A DNA stretch of 64,000 bases. Origin: Heterodontus francisci (taxonomy: Eukaryota). Every line of letters begins with the position of its first letter. Position 1 is the first letter of the stretch. The notes beneath the pieces were generated by a model. That model did no database searches, was not told the DNA's origin, and saw only the letters and a program-made list of their open reading frames with translations. Shown here piece after piece: positions 61,290 through 64,000 of the stretch. The stretch lies in NCBI RefSeq assembly GCF_036365525.1, contig NC_090388.1:62769726-62833725 (forward strand), written 5' to 3'. The position numbers were made by a program, and so were the translations under genes.

Positions 61290-62040
61290 GGAACAAAAAG
61301 ACTTACAAGGAACATTGTGGCAGCGATTGAAAATCTTAAAACTTGCAGAAAGGACAGTTAAGTGGCAAATGAATTTCAACATTGTTAATGTGAGGTGATG
61401 CACTTAGATAGGAAAAATAGAAACACCAACTACACATTAGAAAATAAGAAACTGAAGGGGAGAAGAGCAAAGGGATCTATGGATACAGGTAAAGTTATAG
61501 GAACCTGGTCAGGCTGCATTTGGAATAATGTGTAGTTTTGCTATTCATACTACAAAAAAGATTTACAAGAATGGATCCAGAACTGAGAGATTATAGCTCT
61601 CAGGAATGTTTAACAGATTGGAGCTTTTTTTCTTTAGGAACAAGAAGACTATGTGGTGTCCTGATAGAGATCTTTAAAATTATGAATGGGTTGGACAGGG
61701 TGTGGAGAGAATGTTTCCACTTGTGGGAGAATCCAAAACTAGGGGCCAAAAATACAAGATAGTTCATAATAAATCCAATAGGATAATAAGGAGAAATTTC
61801 TTTACTTAGAGAGTAGTTAGAATGTGGGACTCACTACCATAGAAAGCGGTTGAGGCAATTAGATGCTTTAAAAAGAAAGCTAGACAAATACATAAGAGAG
61901 AGAGAGAAAAGGAATAGAAAAATATGTTGGAAGGCTGAGATGAGGTAGATGGAATGGGAGAAGATTTGTGTGTATAGCACCAGCACAAACTAGTTGGATT
62001 GAATAACTTGTTTCTATGCTGTATATTCTATGTAACTCAT
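61290..62040 (+). mobile_element. Old CR1 3' fragment
   Basis: Degraded KWQMNFN and QKRFTRM motifs followed by the 3' UTR. Confidence 0.8.
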
Positions 62041-62199
62041 TTAAACTAGATAAATGAGGGGATGAAGGTAAAGAGGAAACCAAATACCAAATGGACCAGA
62101 TCGGAGAGGAAAATAGTAAGTCAACCGCTGAGAATGAACACAAATACCCAAACAGGCATATGTCAACTCGAGACCAACGGTCAGAAACTAGGGGAAATG

Positions 62200-63092
62200 A
62201 ACAGATGTAAATCTATCATAAGGTGTGAATGCTCAAAGCATTAGAAATAAGATGCCAATCTGCAGGTTTTTGTGGCTGTTAGGAACTACAATGCAGTGGG
62301 AATATCAGGAACATGGCAAAATCTAAGGCATTAGTGCTTAGAAAAGATAAAATGGACAGAAAAGGAGTTGGTGTAATCATATATGTCAGAGCACTGGTGA
62401 GCTAAAATAACTTGATCCTGTGGAAGGTGGAAGCTAGAAAATGAATGACTCTGCTAAGGTGCCTCTACTAAGAAAAAATCTAAGCTAAAACCAGGGATAT
62501 GTTTATAGAACACTAGGTGAGAATGATGGGAAAGACAATTTGTTCTATAAAGATATAAGGAGGGTATCAGAGAAAAGGAAAGTTATTTCAATGAGAGAAT
62601 TCAATCAACCAAATATAATCTGTGAAACCTCAAATGGTTTAGAATCAAAGTGGGTAAATGTAATTGACCCAGCATGTCAAGAAAGATATGAGATGGAAGT
62701 CCTAGACAGGCTATCAAATGTTCAAAACAAATAAATCCCAGAGAAAGATGATATTTATTCCAGTGTGCTGAAAAAGATTAGGAGATTTGTGATATAGTGA
62801 TAATGATTGTGGAGGAGATACTGGACACTAATGTGGTAACAATGGATAAGAAACTGCCGAATTCGGTTCCCATATTCAAAAATCAGAGACATGGGCAACT
62901 ACAGTCCCTTCAGTCTCACTTCCATTCCACATAAAATAATGGAATCGATTATCAGGAATGAACTTTAAGAACGTCTGTACAATAACAACTCAATAAACAA
63001 TATGATTTCAGAATAGAAAGATCCTGACTGTCCAATTTCTTCAACTTCTTTGAAGCAGTGACAACCCAAGTGAACCATGCTAAGCCTTTTGT
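62200..63092 (+). mobile_element. Very old CR1 EN-RT remnant with internal deletions
   Basis: NAQSIRNK, GNYSPFSLTS and RSCL-like remnants. Confidence 0.6.
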
Positions 63093-63815
63093 TTATTCAT
63101 TCATGGGCGCCCAGGCAAGGCCTGCATTTATTGTCTGTTCCTAATTGCCCTTGAGAAGCTGGTGATGAGCCACCTTCATAAACTGTTGCAGTCTGTGCGG
63201 TGATGGGCGCGCCCACAGTGTTGTTAGGCAGAGAGTTCCAGGATTAAACCTGATGACAGTGAAGGAATGGTTTGGAAGCTGCTGTCGAAGGAGCCTTGGC
63301 GAGTTGCTGCAGTGCATCTTGTAGATGGTACACACTGCACTCATAGTGCACCAGTAGTGGAGGAAATGAATGTTTAAGCTGGTGGATGGGATGCCAGTCA
63401 AATGGGCTGCTTTGTCCTGGATGGGGTCGAGCTTCTTGAGTGCTGTTGGAGCTGCACCCATCCAGGCAAATGGGAGTATTCCATCACACTCCTGACTTGT
63501 AGTTGCTGGAAAGGATTTGGGGAGTCAGAAGGTGAGTTACCACAGAATTCCTAGCCTCTGACCTGCTCTTGTAGCCACAGTATTTATATGGCTTGCCTAG
63601 TTAAATTTCTCGTCAATGGTGAGCTCCAGCATGTTGACGGTGGTGGATTCAGTGATAGTAATGCCGTTGAATGGCAAGGGAGGTGATTAGACACTCTCTG
63701 TTTGGAGATGATCATCACCAGTGTTGCACAAATGTTACTTGCCACTGATCAGCCCAAGCCTGAATGTTGTCCAAGTCTTGTTGCATGCAGGCATGCACTG
63801 CTTCATTATATGGAA
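63093..63815 (-). mobile_element. 3' fragment of the tRNA-headed LINE family
   Basis: ORF 63141..63461 (AAPTALKKLDPIQDKAAHL..YKMHCSNSPRLLRQ), reverse-homologous to about 8730-9560. Confidence 0.88.
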
Positions 63816-64000
63816 ATGAACATTTATGTACCTTGATTTGCAATAGGTTTTGGCAAATTTCAGCACAAGTGTGAGAATTAGCATGACCTGGTTAAAGCAG
63901 AATGTTACAGCCAAATAACATGGTATGCAATTTATCCTCTGCTATTGCAAATTTGTTCTGATTCTTGATCAGTTATTCTGTAGCCAAAGCTTGTCTAAAT

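Overview
This is vertebrate genomic DNA, almost certainly from a cartilaginous fish (shark), judged by its V-SINE/HE1-type and DeuSINE SINEs and its CR1, Penelope and Harbinger families. The window lies inside a minus-strand SCUBE1-like gene. Three exons have exact GT-AG boundaries: 43073-43198 (EGF4, absent from the ORF track), 37925-38041 (EGF5) and a 90-nt exon at 30862-30951 encoding an N-glycan sequon and a furin-type RVKR site. Most of the rest is intronic transposable elements, often nested several layers deep, around a TE-poor zone at about 27.5-34.5 kb. Main highlights: (1) a decayed endogenous retrovirus at 1-5807 whose env, reassembled across insertions, lacks gamma-type motifs and instead resembles a foamy-virus or F-protein-type fusogen (lokiretrovirus-like), with a PPT and an intact 3' LTR; (2) an ORF1-less LINE whose 5' end is a tRNA-like Pol III head; (3) a Penelope copy with a vestigial hammerhead ribozyme; (4) the furin-site exon of SCUBE1. 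All family assignments come from manual translation and remembered motifs, not database searches. TE boundaries are approximate unless a target-site duplication (TSD) is quoted.
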